Shown here piece after piece: positions 61,441 to 64,000 of a stretch of 64,000 nucleotides of DNA. The stretch is from Octopus sinensis. Its lineage: Eukaryota. Position 1 is the first letter of the stretch, and each line of letters starts with the position of its first letter. The DNA lies in assembly GCF_006345805.1 (NCBI RefSeq), contig NC_042997.1, forward strand, positions 64,294,001 to 64,358,000, in the 5' to 3' direction. A model generated the notes under the pieces. That model had not been told where the DNA came from and searched no databases. It saw nothing but the letters and a program-made list of their open reading frames with translations. A program made the translations under genes and the position numbers.

Positions 61441-62769
61441 CATATTTTGTACAGACGCTAGAACATAGGAGAACTCGGAGTCAACATTTCATTAAAAAAA
61501 AATACAGTGAAACTCCCTCTCTCTCACGCGCACACACACGCACACACACAAACACATAGACACACAAACAAATGCACATACACGCACACGCTCTCACACA
61601 CATATATACGTCTCACACAAATATGTCTCTCACACATATGTCCAAGTGTATCTAAATGTGTGTGTGGTTGGGCGTGTTGCATACACGCCCAACCACACAC
61701 ACATTTAGATACACTTGGACATATGTGTGAGAGACATATTTACATGTATGTGTATGTGTGTGCATGCGGGCGTGCGTGTGTGTATGTGCGAGCGTGTGTT
61801 TGAGGAAGATATATGGATATGCAAATATCAATGAATATTCCAATACAGTTTGCAAAACGTAATCTCATAAATTCACTGAGTCTCTTTTAACAGAGTTGCA
61901 CATCTGCCTTGATTTAAGAAAATAATATAGATGTTTTCTCGATTTAATCTGCATAAAAATTAATATTACTTTGATATAAGGAAATAATGTTTGTTTCTAG
62001 AAGAAAATATTTCCTTCAAATATAAGATATACTATATGTGGTTGTGAACAATTACATATAATTGAATTACTATCTGACCGTATAAACATACAAAGTGTTT
62101 CTGAATATTTGCTTAAGATCAAAAGATACGTCCACTTCTGTAACTCATACGATTATCTGGGTTGTCTTAACATTCGTACTACATACAAGCCGATTACTGA
62201 ACCTAATCTTAGAGAAATTCTACGTGCAACAATCTAACTCTTAGTCCAAATAATACTTCGTGTTGGAATTTATAATTTTATTTGCCATATTGATTCTGGA
62301 ATTTTACTCGCAGAGAAAATATACGATATCCTACATAAAAGAAGGCTTAATGACTCATCCTGATTCAGATTCAAAAAATTATATAAATTTCAGTCTATAA
62401 ACCACTTGTTGGCTGGAGTGGGGCCCTAGCTGTATTTGCAGGATAATTATTATGCTTAATCTAGGATTGACTCATGCACACCCAGGAATACACGCCAGGA
62501 TTGTTGAATTATCTGTATGGAAGCTTACAAATGTTATTGAAATTTGAAAACCTTAATATCCATTTGAATTCTGAGCATTCTAATTGCAACTCCATCGTAT
62601 GGCAAATTGTAAGGGTAAGATACATGAGCAATATAGAAACTTTTGTCAAAGGATAATGCAAAAAGGTTTAACTTTTAACAAAATAGTAGCGTCAGTGAGA
62701 TAGAAACATATCATCATCATCAATTATCTTCTTCTTCATCTAATTATTAATATTATTATCATTATTGCT

Positions 62770-63180
62770 CAGGAGGCGAGCTGGCAAAGGAAGTGCTTAG
62801 TGGAATTTCATCTGCCACTAAGTTCTGAGTTTGAATTCCGCTTTTCACCATTTCGGAGACGATAAATTAAGTTCCAGTAAAACCATGACTAATCGACATA
62901 TCCGCTTCCCCAAAATGGCTGCCCTTCTGAAAAAATGTGAAATTTTTGTTGTTGTTATTATGATTATTATTGTTGTTGTTGTTGATGTTGTTAAGACGGT
63001 GATCTGGCAGAACCGTTAGCCCGTCTGACGAAATATTTAGCGGCATTTTGTCCGTCTACGCTTTAAGATCCAAATCCACGAATTTTGACTTTACCTTTTA
63101 CGCCATGTGTTTGGAACGACAAAATAAATAACAGCCAAGTATTCCCCTCAAAACTGCTGGTTCTGTGTCAAAATCTGAAA
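62770..63180 (+). mobile_element. Two adjacent SINE family A copies (62770-62945 and 62995-63180)
   Basis: Each starts AGG/ACGG-GAGCTGGCAGAA-like and ends ...GTG-CAAAAT-TGAAA. Confidence 0.7.
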
Positions 63181-63365
63181 CTCTTCCTCTTCTTCTTCTC
63201 CTTCTTCTTCTTTTTCTTCTTCTTCTTTATCTTTTTCTACTTCTTTTTCTCCTTCTCCTTCTGCTCCTCCGCTTCCTCCACCTCCTCCTCCTCCTCCTTC
63301 TCCTTCTTCTTCTTCTTCTTCTTCTTCTTCTTCTTCTGCTCCTCCTCCTCCTCCTTCTTCTTCAC
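63180..63365. repeat. (TTC)n/(TCC)n microsatellite
   Basis: Directly visible. Confidence 0.95.
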
Positions 63366-63669
63366 TATGTTATTCAGCTGCGTATTATTATTGCTATTGT
63401 TGCTCTTCTTGTTTCAGTTGGTCGGTTGGCCCTCAACAATTTTGGAAAGCATTTGGGTCCGTAGCTTAGCTGTTGTTTCGCCACTTGCGTGAGGAAACCA
63501 GCAAGGTCTGTAATGAGGATATCTTTAGCAGCAGCAGTGGCTGTCGTAGGTATCGATGTGGTGGGGCCCTATGGGTGGTAATAGTAGGACACATGGAACT
63601 TTATGTGCTCTGCTACTGATTAAGCTAGAACGCACATCACTCAATAAGTGCCGCTGATGCATTTTCTTC

Positions 63670-64000
63670 TCCAGGCACGTTGAAGATATCATTATCATTG
63701 CATCCTGAAGGGATGAAGCCATTGACATATACCGGACCTTCAATAATACCGACATGAACATAAAATTGGAGATTGAACATCCAGCCGAATCCGGAACCCT
63801 CACTCTACTCAACTTCCAACTGAAGATGATAGAGGAAGGCTCCATACTTAGCAAATTCTATAGAACAGCCGCTAATAGAAAACTTTTCGTCCACTACCAA
63901 TCAACGTGAGAAACGAGATTGCACGTATAAACATCAATTGCAGCAACGTGACCGACAAAGTCGTCAACACCAAGCAGTTCCTCAGAGATATAACCCTAAT
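63670..64000 (+). mobile_element. Penelope-like RT C-terminal fragment, running to the window end
   Basis: RHVEDIIIIAS*RDEAIDIYRTFNNTDMNIKLEIEHPAESGTLTLLNF...KFYRTAANRKLFVHYQS resembles RYVDDI...FN...IKFExE...LxLLD...FYxK. Confidence 0.75.

Noticed and set aside
63525-63854. 109-aa minus-strand ORF
   Set aside because: It is largely the antisense shadow of the plus-strand Penelope RT fragment.

Overview
This is AT-rich, microsatellite-dense eukaryotic DNA, almost certainly from a cephalopod of the Octopus type; that call is inferred from the SINE families, Penelope and Dong content and the (TA)n/(AAT)n load. I found no confidently supported intact host gene, rRNA, tRNA gene or CRISPR array. 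Most entries in the ORF track are translated simple repeats. The window is a retroelement graveyard: a Tx1/L1 fragment, at least seven R4/Dong fragments mostly abutting (TAA)n tracts, several Penelope-like (PLE) pieces including one nearly complete element with inverted pseudo-LTRs, RTE and CR1/L2-type fragments, two abundant SINE families, a non-autonomous Helitron and Tc1/mariner remnants. The most interesting signals are as follows. (i) Two PLE-associated minimal type I hammerhead ribozyme families each carry a shared non-canonical core base (CCGAYGA, U4C, in 4 copies; CUGUUGA, A6U, in 2 copies), and two of the U4C copies form a back-to-back palindrome. (ii) An unclassified ~550-bp element occurs in three head-to-tail copies of different ages in one (AAT)n tract. 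(iii) There is an unusual number of fold-back inverted duplications. (iv) Weak host-gene candidates include a Cys-loop-receptor-like C-terminal ORF, a possible spliced exon pair and a CCAAT/CpG promoter-like patch. Family assignments come from recognising motifs by eye, with no database search. Boundaries of degenerate elements are approximate (about +/-20-50 bp).
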